DNA from: Parasitella parasitica NRRL 2501
Lineage: Eukaryota; Fungi; Mucoromycota
DNA: 64,000 nt
Direction of reading: 5' to 3'
NCBI GenBank assembly: GCA_025201805.1
Contig: MU619239.1
Location: 158,367-222,366 of the forward strand
Shown here: positions 27,380 through 39,942 of the stretch, piece by piece
Position numbering within the stretch: the stretch's first letter is position 1
How the letters are laid out: each line of letters begins with the position of its first letter
Made by a program: the position numbers and the translations under genes
Notes under the pieces: model-generated
The model's input: the letters and a program-made list of their open reading frames with translations, nothing else
What the model was told of the DNA's origin: nothing
Databases searched by the model: none

Positions 27380-29185
27380 CTAGATAAATGACGTATTGGG
27401 CTCGCAAAGTACTTGCAGAGCTTCATTTGCCTGTTCAATTAGCTGATCTGGATGATTGACTAGATAAACTAGAGTACTTTGGTCGTTCTCGAGTATCATC
27501 CCAGTCAATTTACCAGATTCCTGAGGGTATTTTTCATATCTAATGTCATATTCCATGTTTAGGTAAAGTTTTGCATGAATGTGAAAATCTTACATGATTG
27601 AATAAATTCTCTCGCCTAGCATTTGCTTCTGAGTCTCGACAGAATATGGTTTCAATGCTTCCAGAGTCAATTGTGTGGGAATAGCGTTTACAACTTCTGT
27701 AGGCTGCAATTGTTGACGAGATTGCACAGGGCTGACGCTAGCAGAGCTGGCTGCACTCTTCTGCTGGATTTGTGCTTCTAAAAGGCTACGGCGATCCTCT
27801 TTACGCTGAGCCAATGCTACATAAATTTCTTTGGATGAGATTCTGTGGCCATTCATGCGTATTACTGCTTCAGTTGCTTCTTCAGGTGAAGTGAAACATA
27901 CAAATCCAAACCCTTTGGAAACCCCGGTCTATAGGAGGTCGTTAATATATCTGCAGTATGCATGTATTTGCTGTACGTTACGAGCTCATCCCTCATCACT
28001 TTGGCACTTGTGATATGGCCATATTGAGCAAATTCTTTTCTCAGCAAGTCGTCATCAACATTGTCTGCTAAATTTTTGACATACAAATTAGCGCCTTGGT
28101 ATTTAGCAGGTTTCTCTGCAGGCATTTGATAGACATGTTGGCGTCTTAATTCATCATCGCGTTCAGATTTCTTTTGTGCTCTGGAAACAAACAGTTTTTT
28201 TCCTCGGTATTCTTGGTCGTTTAGTTTATGCACTGCTCTCTCCGCATCTTCTGGGCTCTCAAAATTGACAAAACCAAAGCCCTTTGAATTATTGTATTCG
28301 TCACGTTGAATCAGAACAGATGAAACTGGTCCAATGGATGCAAAAAGTCCTTTGATGTCGTTCTCAGTAACGTCTAATGAAATATTTTTGATATAGAGAT
28401 TAGTAAATCGTTGCTGCTGCTTGTTGTTATCTTCTGATCCTTCTCGCTCGCTCTTTGGGAGTTGGTGGCCTACTTGACTGTGCAAAGAATCAATACATCT
28501 TCTTCGTGTTTGAGATGAAAATAGTTACATTTTACGACCAAAAAGAATAGATCCATTCACCAACTGAATGGCTCTTTCAGCTGCACTGATGGAATCATAA
28601 TTAACATACGCATAACAGTGATCCACTTTTGGGTTTTTGATAATCCTGCAAGAAACGACATTTCCCCATTGTGCAAAGGTGTCGTGCAACGATTTGTCGT
28701 CCACTGAGGCTGGCAAGTTTTTGACAAAAAGATTTCCACTCCCAACAGATCTTTTATTGATGTCGCGGTCTGCTATCATCAAGCGACAGGGTCTACCGTT
28801 GATGAGGGAATAATTCATATTGTTCAGTGTGTACAGACCTATTTGTATCTGTTAGGTTACTTTGATACGATACTATCCGAAAAGACTTACAGTCTTCTGA
28901 ACGGTGAAAGTTGATATAGGCATAGCCTAAACTTTTGCCGCTGACTCGATCACGACAAACATGGACACTTTTAGCACCCTGGAACTTCTGTTTCAATATT
29001 TCATCATTGACTTCAGGACCAAGTTCACCAACGTAGAGTGAAGATTCTGCACGGTCAACTGAAAAACGCTCGTTGGAGGAGCGTAATGACGCAGTTGCTG
29101 CTTGGGATTGGATGGCTGCAATCTTCCTCTGCTGTTCGATGGTTAGTCCACGAGGTCCAAGGGAATCTCCTCTGTGATCAGACAT
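27380..29185 (-). CDS. Poly(A)-binding protein paralogue (4 RRM + MLLE/PABC), multi-exon
   Basis: RRMs [38 protein letters not shown] and [17 protein letters not shown]-terminal [19 protein letters not shown]. Confidence 0.9.
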
Positions 29186-30845
29186 ATTGTGGATGTGTCA
29201 AAGAAAAAAAAATAAGTAAACAGAAGAAAAAAGGCCGTTATATACATGCTGATTATCGTCAGAGGACAATGAAATATCATACGTTTTGTTGCTGTCTGAA
29301 ATAGCCTTCGTGGCTTGTAGATGTCATATACTTTGAAGCAGATTGATGATACAGATCCTTACTTTAACCAGCAAACCATACCATAATAGCGCCGAATGCT
29401 TGTTGTTATTCATACCTGAATATATACGAATTGTTTTTATTAAAAGATATCGCTCGGTCTAATAAGTAAAGTCCAACCTTCTACATTTAAAAGTCAAGTA
29501 TAGTAAGTAACCTTGACGATCATGAAAAGTCCATATGCCAGAAACAAAACAACTGTTACCACACTGGCAGAATTATAAAATATTCTTTTATTTAATAATA
29601 AGACAAAAAGAAAAAAAAAGAAACAATTATAATACGTAACCAGGAAATAGCAGCAGTGATTCTTATGTAGGGTATCCTAATATATCTGTCAAAATCAAAT
29701 CGTAAATATTACTTATTTGCTCATAACTTCAGCTAAAATGACCGTTGGCCCGAGATCCAACTTGGAAATCATACCGTTTACTCGCCACTATCTGACAACA
29801 ACATTTGTATTAATGATATTTTTATTGATATCTATAACTTTATCAGCTAAAATCACAATTTTTCATTGACTACTGGCATATATCGGGTAACATGCTAATG
29901 TGATATTACATCTCAAATTAAGGCGTATATCATTTTTACTATTTGAGTGTAGATACGACAACATGAAGTATCTAGTAACAATTTAGTTAGCTATATCAGA
30001 ATTATTCTATCTGTCTTAATGAATGGCTACCCCCGATCAATAAAGTTAGACGATCATTAAGAAAGAACGACCGAATAGATATTATAATTGCTTTTTTATT
30101 TAACTGTATTGACATGTTTGTCTGAAAATAGAAATCTGAAAGAAAGTTCCAAGTTTCATCAGCTCCAATTGATGTCTAACTGTATATAACATTTAATTAA
30201 AGAAATCGTATCTGTATAGAACATTTATTCAGGCACTTACGTTTTCACATTTAACACAAAGCAAAGCAATTTAGGATGTTTGATTTCTCTGCTTGTTCAC
30301 TTCTAATCTTTAGCACTTGGCATTTGTTATAATGGAAATTGGCCATGCCGTATCCCAAATTGCTGTCCTCGAGCGGGTCAGTAAGTGAAAGCTAGCAACC
30401 GAATTTGGAATAACTACATGTACATGACCACATGACAGTTTTTCTATTACTATATATCTAATTATATTATACTTATTTTACCGTAAAACTTGATTGCTAC
30501 CAAAAGGATTAGAAGAAGCAAGAAACTATATGATCTGTACAGTAAATTTATTAAGTAACCATATAATTATCAATGAAGCTGTCATCCATTATTCAAATTA
30601 TATGAACCCAGTCGATAAAGTTAAAGTAACTCAAGCTACCGCAAGCTATTGCTTTATCTACTACCTTCAATAATGATGTTGTTGATATTTTTCATACATA
30701 TTACAATTTGCGCATAACATATAATTAAAATATACTTGTGATAATTGTATTGGTATCAATAATAAAAGGGGAATACAATGTTCATCATTTTTTATTAAAA
30801 GAAATGTAGTTGAAATTGAGATGGTATATTAAAAATACATTTACG

Positions 30846-31826
30846 TCAAGATATAATGCAGCAGTATCCTTTTCGAGATACCTTACGTTTTTGTTGTTTT
30901 TGCATATAGTTTTTACTGTCGTCTGTAGTAACAGCAGTGAGACTTGTGTAGTCTTGAATGGTCGGAATTGTAACATTACTCTTAGATGGTTGACGCATCC
31001 CTAATGAATGGTGCTTATTTGTTGTTTGTAAATGATCTACGGAAATGCGCTGTTTGACAGATGGTGGAAAAGTTGGTTCCTGTATCTGCTGTATCATTTT
31101 TGAGGGCCTTCTCGAAAAAGAGTCCTGTGATTGTGGCACTGAAATAGAACCGAAATCATTCTGGTATATATCATCGTGTTGATTCTCTTCTCGTTGAATG
31201 CCACAAGTGTCATTTTGATTCTAAAAGTTATAAAGTATATCATGTTAATTAATGTGCAACCATGGTTAAATTAGTTAAGGGGAAAAATTCATTTCCCTTT
31301 TTGTCTTTACCAAGTAATCTCCATTTGTTTCTTCTGTAAATATTGTTCCCGAGTCGTTGCGATCAATATCATCAGAAATGGTATCAAAAGTGCTATCCAA
31401 TTCATTATTGTCACCGCCTCCCATCATAAAAAAAGTGTTTCTTTGTGTTGATTTTCTATTTTTGCTTATTTTTGTAGTGACTATATGCTTATAAGGTAAC
31501 CCATAATCATCTAGACCAAAGACGTCTTTTGGAATAGAATGATTATTATCATCGTTATTACTGTTACTACCCATTAATTTGGAATACCGAAGTTGTCCTT
31601 TCAATACTTCTTCTTGTTTATATTCTGTTGGTAATAGTAAAGCATTGTCGTTTTGTTGTTGTTTTCGTTTAGCAGCAATATCAAACACTTGAACAATCTA
31701 AATCAATGATGTTTGAGCCAAAAAATACGAGCAAAATTTTAAGTATTTTAAGTATTTAAAGATATTTACGTTATCGTCTATAAATCTAATTTCGAATGCG
31801 TAATTGTTTTTTTGATTTGTTGTCAT
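30846..31826 (-). CDS. Hypothetical low-complexity protein, probably 3 exons
   Basis: An ATG exon at 31826 (MTTNQKNNYAFEIRFIDDN) splices via GT-AG introns to ORFs 31275-31688 and 30846-31139. No family recognised. Confidence 0.5.
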
Positions 31827-32188
31827 CTATATATTGTTGGACAGATTTAGAAAAAAAAAAAAAAAAAAAAAAAGATAATACAGTAGTAGAGAAAAAACGA
31901 AAAAGAAAACTTGGGAAGAAATCCCTCAGTTTAACTGGATTCACGTTTTCATATTATTAAATATGGAAATCAAGCAAAAGCTAGAAATTCAAGTTTCTTT
32001 ACATTGCATCTTTTAGTTGGAAGGCCGCTTTTTTAGGGGGTGGGGGGGGGGAGATGATGAAAAGATCTGATAATCCATGAAGATATGTTTTACAAGGTGG
32101 CTTGATGTTAAACAAACAGCAAATAAAAATAGTCAAACGGAAAGTTTTTTCGTCTCTTCATTCCTTCTACTTCTTCTGTAATATCACT

Positions 32189-33312
32189 ATGATCGATCTT
32201 GCTACTGTTGATTTTCAACACCTCGAGGATTCTCTTTGTAATACTTCGGGTAATGTTCAGCTTGCTGAGCGTTTTAGATCTTTATTTACACTTAAGAATA
32301 TTGCTAATGATCAGGCTATTGACATTATTGCGAAAGGTAAGTATGGCATGCAATTAACAAAGATAAATTCTGACAAGAATATATATAGCCTTTGCTGATG
32401 ATTCTGAGCTGCTAAAGCATGAACTCGCCTATTGTCTTGGTCAAATAGGTAATCCTCGTGCTAATGCTACACTTGAAAAAGTTTTGGAGGATTTGAACGA
32501 AGCTGAAATGGTCCGTCATGAGGTAAAGTACTATAAGGAGCGGTCATTTGATCTGCATTTTTATATTAACATTGTGCAGGCTGCCGAAGCGTTAGGTGCC
32601 ATTGGTTCTTTGGAATCTCTTCCTATTCTTGAAAAGTATTTGAAGGATGATAATCAATCTGTGGTTGATACTTGTGAACTTGCTATTGACAAGATCAAAT
32701 ATGATAACAATCCTCAAACCAAGGCTGAAAGAGAAGCTTCCAAGAGTCTCTATAATTCTGTAGATCCTGCACCACCTTCTTCTGACACTAAATCTGTAGA
32801 AGAGCTTGAAGCTATTCTAATCAATCGCGAGTATAAGTTATTTAAGCGTTATAGAGCCATGTTTGCCTTGCGTGAGATTGGCAGCACTGAAGCAGTGCTT
32901 GCATTGGCAAAGGGTTTAAAGGACAACAGTGCTCTGTTTCGTCATGAAGTCGCCTATGTGTTTGGCCAATTGCAGCACCCCGCCTCTGTCCCTGCCCTAA
33001 CAGAGTGTCTCCAAGATCGAAATGAAGTTCACATGGTTCGCCATGAAGCAGCCGAAGCTTTGGGATCCATTGCTACCCCTGAAGTACTTGCTACTTTGGA
33101 ACAATTCAAAACGGATTCACAACAAGTGGTGCGTGAAAGCTGCGCTGTTGCACTTGACATGTATGAATATGAGACTAGGTAAGACACAAATATAGTTTAG
33201 ACTTCATTTTTTTAATGTTATACACTGTAGTGGTGAATTGCAATACGCTAATGGCCTCGAAACTCAACCTCAGAATATGCATGCTCTTAAACTTGCATCA
33301 CAATCATCTTAG
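32189..33312 (+). CDS. LIA1: Deoxyhypusine hydroxylase (DOHH/Lia1), multi-exon
   Basis: HEAT-like repeats with four His-Glu iron ligands (LKHEL, VRHEA, FRHEV, VRHEA), plus RFRSLFTL and SVDPAPP. Confidence 0.96.
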
Positions 33313-33644
33313 ATATTTTACAACATCCAAGGAACATCATTATTACATTTGTACATAACTCAACGAAAATAACAAAGAACCCCCTACTCTATCGTATTTT
33401 ATTCCTAAATCATTACCACTATTACGACTATATGATCCACATTTTATAGAAGCTGATCATTTTGATAAAAAAAAAAATTAAGGTTGCCTATTGTATCCAA
33501 GTTGAGTAATCTATAAATTTGAACGTTGTACCAAGGTGCACAAGCTTTTTTGTAATTATATTACAATGGCACCCTTTAATGTATCCAGTAAATCCCCCTT
33601 TCTTTTCTTTTTCTTTCCCCCCCCCCCTCTGGATATCATTGATT

Positions 33645-36468
33645 ATGTCTTACTCCAGGTCTCCACCTCGATCACCTACATCTCCAGAAGATTGGAGAGG
33701 GCCTCAATCAGCAAAAACATATTCAACTAGCTCATCTCGGCCGTATTCACACGCCTCGCGTTCACAATCGTTAGCATCTGCATCCAGTAGAGCTTATAGC
33801 TCTACCGGGTTTGAAGAGACTGCGAAGATTTACTATGTTGAATTGAAGAGCTACTTGAAAGAATTAATAGAGCAAGGTGAATATAGCACGGAAGATTTAT
33901 AATTTAGACAGGCTAAATTTAAGCAATATTATAAACAAACAATAGAGGCTATGAATGGGCCGCATCCCCATAGAATAGCTGCTCGACAAAAACTAATAAG
34001 GCTGAGTCACCTTCAGTTCCATGAATTGGCAATGGATGTGTATGATGAAGTGATTCGACGAAGAAAAAACGATAAGTTTTGTGAGTGCTGTGCCCTTTAT
34101 TGTCGATACGAGAGTATTTACACAAAGTATCCATGCAGTGCCTTTTCTAGCTGTAAGAGAAGACTTTCACCCCAAAAGAAACCAAGCAAGACAAAAGTTA
34201 GCGACATTACCTGTCGAGAGGTTCCAAGATTTGGCCAGTGATGTTTATTTTGAGCTGACGAGAAGATATTCAAATTTGATCGAGAATAATGTAGGATAGT
34301 GTCTTGTATCCAGATAACTTTTGATTTAACCAGCAAAAAAATTAGGACACGTTTAGTAACATCCCACCTATTCCTAAAATACCTATCTCGCCCACTTACA
34401 GTAATAACCCTCAACCGAGCAAATCCACCAATATTATTCCTGTCAAAGGAGTGATTAGTTTTGAAAATAACATGGACGATGACGATGATAAGTACAGCAG
34501 ATCGCCTACATCACCATCAGCTAAAGCTAGAGAGCACAAGGATCATTTTCCTAGATCCACCGCTCCATTGAAGAACGAAAATTACAATGTATGTTGATTT
34601 GTCGAATTTAAATTTTTATTCTAGCGCTAATCCTATCATGACGAATATCAACAACAACAAAAAATAGCACCAAACTATCGATATTGACAAAATGAAATCA
34701 GATTATGAGTACCAGATCAATGTCATGACTATCAGAATGAATCAGTTACAAGAACAAGTCGATGTAAGTATATGTGAATAAATAAATAAGGCATTTAGAA
34801 TGGGCAAATTATTAAGGTTGGATGTAGAGAAAATCAAGGGTCAGATCAGACAAAGACATGCTTGTGAGTGCTTATTTTGCGTTCATCTTGAATTAAACTC
34901 ATGCTTTATGCACAGAGAGACCAAGATGATCAAAACATAATACGTCAAATGGAAGAGCAGTATCGAAGTTTAAATGAAAAGTTTGAAAAAGTGGATCGTG
35001 AGTATAATCAACAGCAAGAAGCAGTACAAAACGTGAAAAAGGAGACAAAGGAATTGCTGAACGAACTAAAGAGACTTGCTAAAGTCAACGAGGAGCTGTA
35101 CACTGAAAAGGAAAAGGCCGAGAACATGATAAATCAATTAAAAGAAGAGACAAAAGAATGGCAGATCAAATACGAAAAGGCTCGTATCCAGCTGCGAACT
35201 CTTAAAGGTACGGTTATGAGATGATCAGAAACCCAAACCTATCCTCATATAAGCGCCCTACATTTATGTAGCATCCTCTATCATTGATTTAGATCACAAT
35301 CTCATCAAAGAAAACTTTCTTCAACCATCTCAAGACGGCGTTATTTCGCAAGACCATATTCTTACATATCAAGCACATATAAATGATTTATTGGTAGCTG
35401 CAAGATCTAACGATCCCTCTCAAGTCATTAACGTCATGAAAAATATCGTTACGGTATGTAGGTCAATAACCAAAGAGATACAAAATCAAGAAAATACGCT
35501 ATCTTCAGATACCACGAAATCCCTGCTTGAATCGAAAACTCGGTTTTCAAATTCTCTATCTGATCTACTGTTTGCAGCTAGACGTCATGCAAGTGGAATG
35601 GGACTTAGTCCTGTCAGTCTATTAGATAGATCTGCTGGCCACTTGACGACCGAGATTGTGAACTTGGTTAAGCTTTTGGGCATGAACCCTTCTTTAGCCA
35701 GTTCAGTATCTAGGTCAGTCAACAACAAAAGTACCACAACATCTTCCATCTTATCATCATTGAATGATGACTCATATGCAAGCGCTCATAGCAAAAGAAC
35801 AGAGAACAATTATAATTACTACAATCCCATGTCAAACGGTAGACCCAATGGCTCAACTAATATTCATAAAAGTACAAGATCTTCAAATAGCGATGAAATG
35901 TCAAGGCCTACAATGAGGTCTGGCGTGGACTCTTTTGCAAGCTACAAGAGCAACAATAGCAACAGTAACAACGATATTCTATATTCTTCAAGGTCTTACG
36001 GAGACCAAAACGATACAAGCCCTGGGGATCTTGTTGTGAGTGTTATCATGTTCTCTGCTTTCTACATATAGTTTCAGATTTTGACTTGCTATATCACCCC
36101 ACTAGAGATATCTCAAAGCCGAGACTGATCACATTGTCAAGACTATTCATAATTTACTTGCTGCGCTCAGATTACCCCAGCAAAATGGCGAAGCAGATAG
36201 CATTATCAGTACTCTATTGGAAATTGTTGCCACTATTTCAAAGTTATCTAGAGCAACATGTCAAACCTCGCAAGGTTACAGGTATAAACATGAATGTGAC
36301 CCTATCTTGAATCAGCTGGACAAATGTTCTGAAAGCATCAATGCAATCCAAGCTAAATTCTTTGTTACGGGAGCAATAGCTACAGCCAACGCCAAAAAAG
36401 ATCTTGCAAAAGAAGCGTATGAAATTGCTAAATTTACCAAAGAATTGATCATTTTGTTTGAGACATGA
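33645..36468 (+). CDS. Spa2/GIT-family polarity scaffold, multi-exon
   Basis: Two Spa2-homology (GIT_SHD) repeats, ARQKLIRLSHLQFHELAMDVYDEVIRR and RNQARQKLATLPVERFQDLASDVYFELTRR. A coiled coil and a C-terminal AYEIAKFTKEL motif follow. Confidence 0.9.
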
Positions 36469-36785
36469 AATAATACAGTAATCCTAATAATTAATTAATT
36501 AATCAAAATAAAGCAATTGTATTAATATAAAATAAAAATGTGCAAGGTATATGAAGAAATTTGATGTATGTGTATATATAATTTAAGCAGAGTAATCATA
36601 TTCATGTATTATAGGCATAGGGTTTATAGAGATAGTTCATAAATTCGTGCATAATAAAAAGAGATCATAGAAAAGAGCATATCATAGTACAATTCGGTCA
36701 GAATACATTTGTGGGTGGCGGGGAATGGGGCATGGTAACAGTTTATTTAGGCTGACCTTTATGCAAAAGCGGTGCATGGTTATAC

Positions 36786-39584
36786 CTAATCTTGATGCGA
36801 AAGCAACGGCTGTAAAACACATGTATGTCCACAGCCAGTCGGGCATAATTTTTCTATTGCAAACCATTCTCTCATATGAGACAAATGACCACCATGATTG
36901 CAGCCCTGACACCAAACGTATAATCCTCGAACCGTTTGATGGCTACATATAATGTGTACAATTTAGTAATGCAGAAATACTAAGCATGCAAAATTCGACT
37001 TTACCATAAAGAACAAGGATTCAATAGCCTGTGGCATTTATCACAAGCCCATGATCCGCCAGTTGTGCCATTCACTAGTTTGAAGCAAGTATTGCACGCA
37101 ATACTGACGGTAGTTGAATTCTATATTGAAACAAGTTAGTGCTTGTGTGATTCTTTTACTCAATTCTGCTTGTTAAATACCTCATTAAGCTCACGAATAC
37201 TTTGAATTTTGCACGCTTTTATGACTGCCGTTGCAGCCGACCAAAGCTTGAATCGACGCAGCATGTCAATGTAGGCAATAAACCAATCTGCTACACGCTC
37301 ATGGTCGATACTCAAGTATTTCTCTAACACAAGATATAAAGTTACGCACATCTGGACGTCGCCCTGATCAGTGTAGTAATCCAATAATTCCATGACTACT
37401 GCTTCATGTTTCCATGGAATTTTCAAATTGAAAAGTGATGATGAGCGCTGCAGAAACGATGAATGGCTTGTATTTAAACTTTCCACATCTCCATCAGATG
37501 ATTGGGAAACCTCTTCTTCGTCTTCATCTTCCACGTCCTCGACATCTTCCTCGTCCTCGTCCTCGTCCTCATGTATATGAAGTCCACTGCCATCTTGGTT
37601 GACGCTATTGAAATCATCGCCATCTTCTATATTCATGTCTGTTTCCGTCTGTTCGGGATAGGGATCATAAATGTCAACATGCATTCATCATTAGCATTGT
37701 CTGAAAAATACACTCACCATATCTTCATGCGTGGATTCATCTATATCGGTTTCTAATGCCTCATTACTATAAAACATACCAATGATTGCCCATGTTTGTG
37801 ATGTGCGGTGTCGTCTCATATTCCACGCCAACTAGTTGCATAGGTCGATTAGTCATATGAATATAGCGATACACAAGGACATTACCTTGCTATTGACATC
37901 GCAAGCCACTGCCACGTCTTCGCCGGATATAACATAGTTTTGTGCAAGAATCGAAAATGCTTCAAAATCAAACAACGGCATATGAACAATGCCAGAGCTT
38001 TGAGGGGGTATATATTGGTTAGCCTGTTATCTGTTAGCGTGAAAGTTATTAGGAAAACGATCTTAATTTTACCACTTCTTCCAAGGCACTTCTCAGTCCT
38101 AATTTCTTTAAATTCCTGGGTGATCCAGCCAACGGATTGGACACGATGCTTTCATCCACAAACAAGTCTCGGGAGCTTTTGTCAAAGCTAAACATAAGGT
38201 CACCCTGTACATTCCAGGTCAGTGGATTTCTCTTCATCTCTTCCACTTGCTCATAAGAGCCTTTGATATGCTGCCGAATAAACCATTTGTCCTTGGCGAC
38301 AGATAATAACTCGTGAGGGTTGTGCCATGCCAGCCCTGAGTGTGCCCGTGTCAGCATGTATATATATATATATATTTTTTATACACGTATATAGCCAGTA
38401 CTTACCTGAGGGTGCGCTACTGTGCTGTTCAAATGTATATTTTGGTATAGATGGCCTTCGCACATCCCATATGTGTATTTTGTTGTCTGTGAGAAGAGCA
38501 CATGAGGCAATTTCATTGGGGTAATCCGGTCGCCACTGTATGCGGGAAACTGCAGACATTGTTTTGATAGTGTAGGTTGGTTTTTTCTCGTCTGATGTCA
38601 AGTCCCATACCTTGATTGTCGTGTCTCTGCCTCCGGTTGCGATAAAGTTTCCGTTTGGATGCCAATCTAGCGTAAAGCAAGGGCCGTTGTGTGCTAGCGT
38701 AAAACAAGCACTTATTTTGCGATCGTGTGTTGGTCTAGAATTTCGCATATCCCATTTCTAGCATGAATTTAGGTTTCAAATCTTTCTCACTTTTCAAATT
38801 TTTACCTACCTGTAGTGTTCCTGACTCAAATACCGCTGCGAATTCATGGACGTTGACAGGATTGAACTGCACATCACGGACTGCTTCTGCTTTTCCTTCA
38901 AATTTGGATCGTGCTCCTTGTCTGAGATCTCTGAGGTCCTGCAAATTACTTGATTCGTTAATCGTAACTCATGGATCAAGCTATACAGCACTTACCCAGC
39001 ACTTGACTGTGCCATCTTGCGATGCACTAATAAGGAGATTCCCGTTGTTTGGCTGAAAACTGATACGATTTACGGCACGAGAGTGTTCTTTTATCTCTCG
39101 CTCTATAGTCGGATGTGTCAATATATAGACTCCTGGTAATAAATGTCACATACAACTTGCCTACTTTGCTTCCACTTTTGTTTATATTCCAGAGAGTAAT
39201 AACACCATTGGCTGCAGCTGTTGCTATCGTGTGTTTTGTCGCTTTACTAGTCATATCAGTAATCATGCAAACATTGTGTTAGTGCTGACAATTTACCATT
39301 GTTACCCCATTTGACATCGTTGCTAGCATAGTTTAAGTTGGGTTGAATTCCAGCTCTTAGGTTGAGAGATTCTTTTATATCTGCATTCTTTATGTCGTAT
39401 ATCTTCAAAACTACAGGTTATCATATTAGACGTTGTGAACAAGCAGCTATCGGCACATATACTGTGTCTTACTTTCTCTTCCTGCCACAACAACTGAATT
39501 ACTATCTTGAGATATACTCAGTGCATTGATTGCGCCAGACATGGCTTTGCACGTGAGAAAGCTGTCTACTGCTGTTTTGTTCAT
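36786..39584 (-). CDS. RTC1: WDR24/Rtc1 (Sea2) GATOR2/SEACAT subunit, multi-exon
   Basis: WD40 repeats (VRDVQF, AHNGP, ATGGRD, IQWRP), QGDVQMCV and a C-terminal Zn/RING region [32 protein letters not shown]. Confidence 0.9.
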
Positions 39585-39942
39585 AATTGTAGAGAAATGT
39601 TTGTCAAAAGAAAAAAGGTGGCTCTTTTTTATATCCCATTTTTCTGCCGGCGTGCTCAAGGCCACGCGATTGGAGGATGCTCATTGTAAATTGCAATTAT
39701 CTAAAGGCTCATGACTTTTTAGAATTGATCATTAAAAGTGAGCTTCCGAACCTTGTTTCTCAAAATTTGAGTGTTTTTATATAGTGATGCAATCATAAAA
39801 AACGTAACAAAAAGTATATAAAAGCGTGCATCTATTCATAGAGCACAAGTAGTAGTAGTAGCAGTAGTAGTAAGAGTAGTAATAGTATTGATTGTGGTAG
39901 TTGTGGTAGTTGTGGAAGTATATGTGGTTTGGCCATTGCGGC

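Noticed and set aside
39892-39915. TTGTGG units resembling the Rhizopus-type telomere repeat
   Set aside because: Only three copies, each separated by 3 nt, inside a 3' UTR microsatellite.
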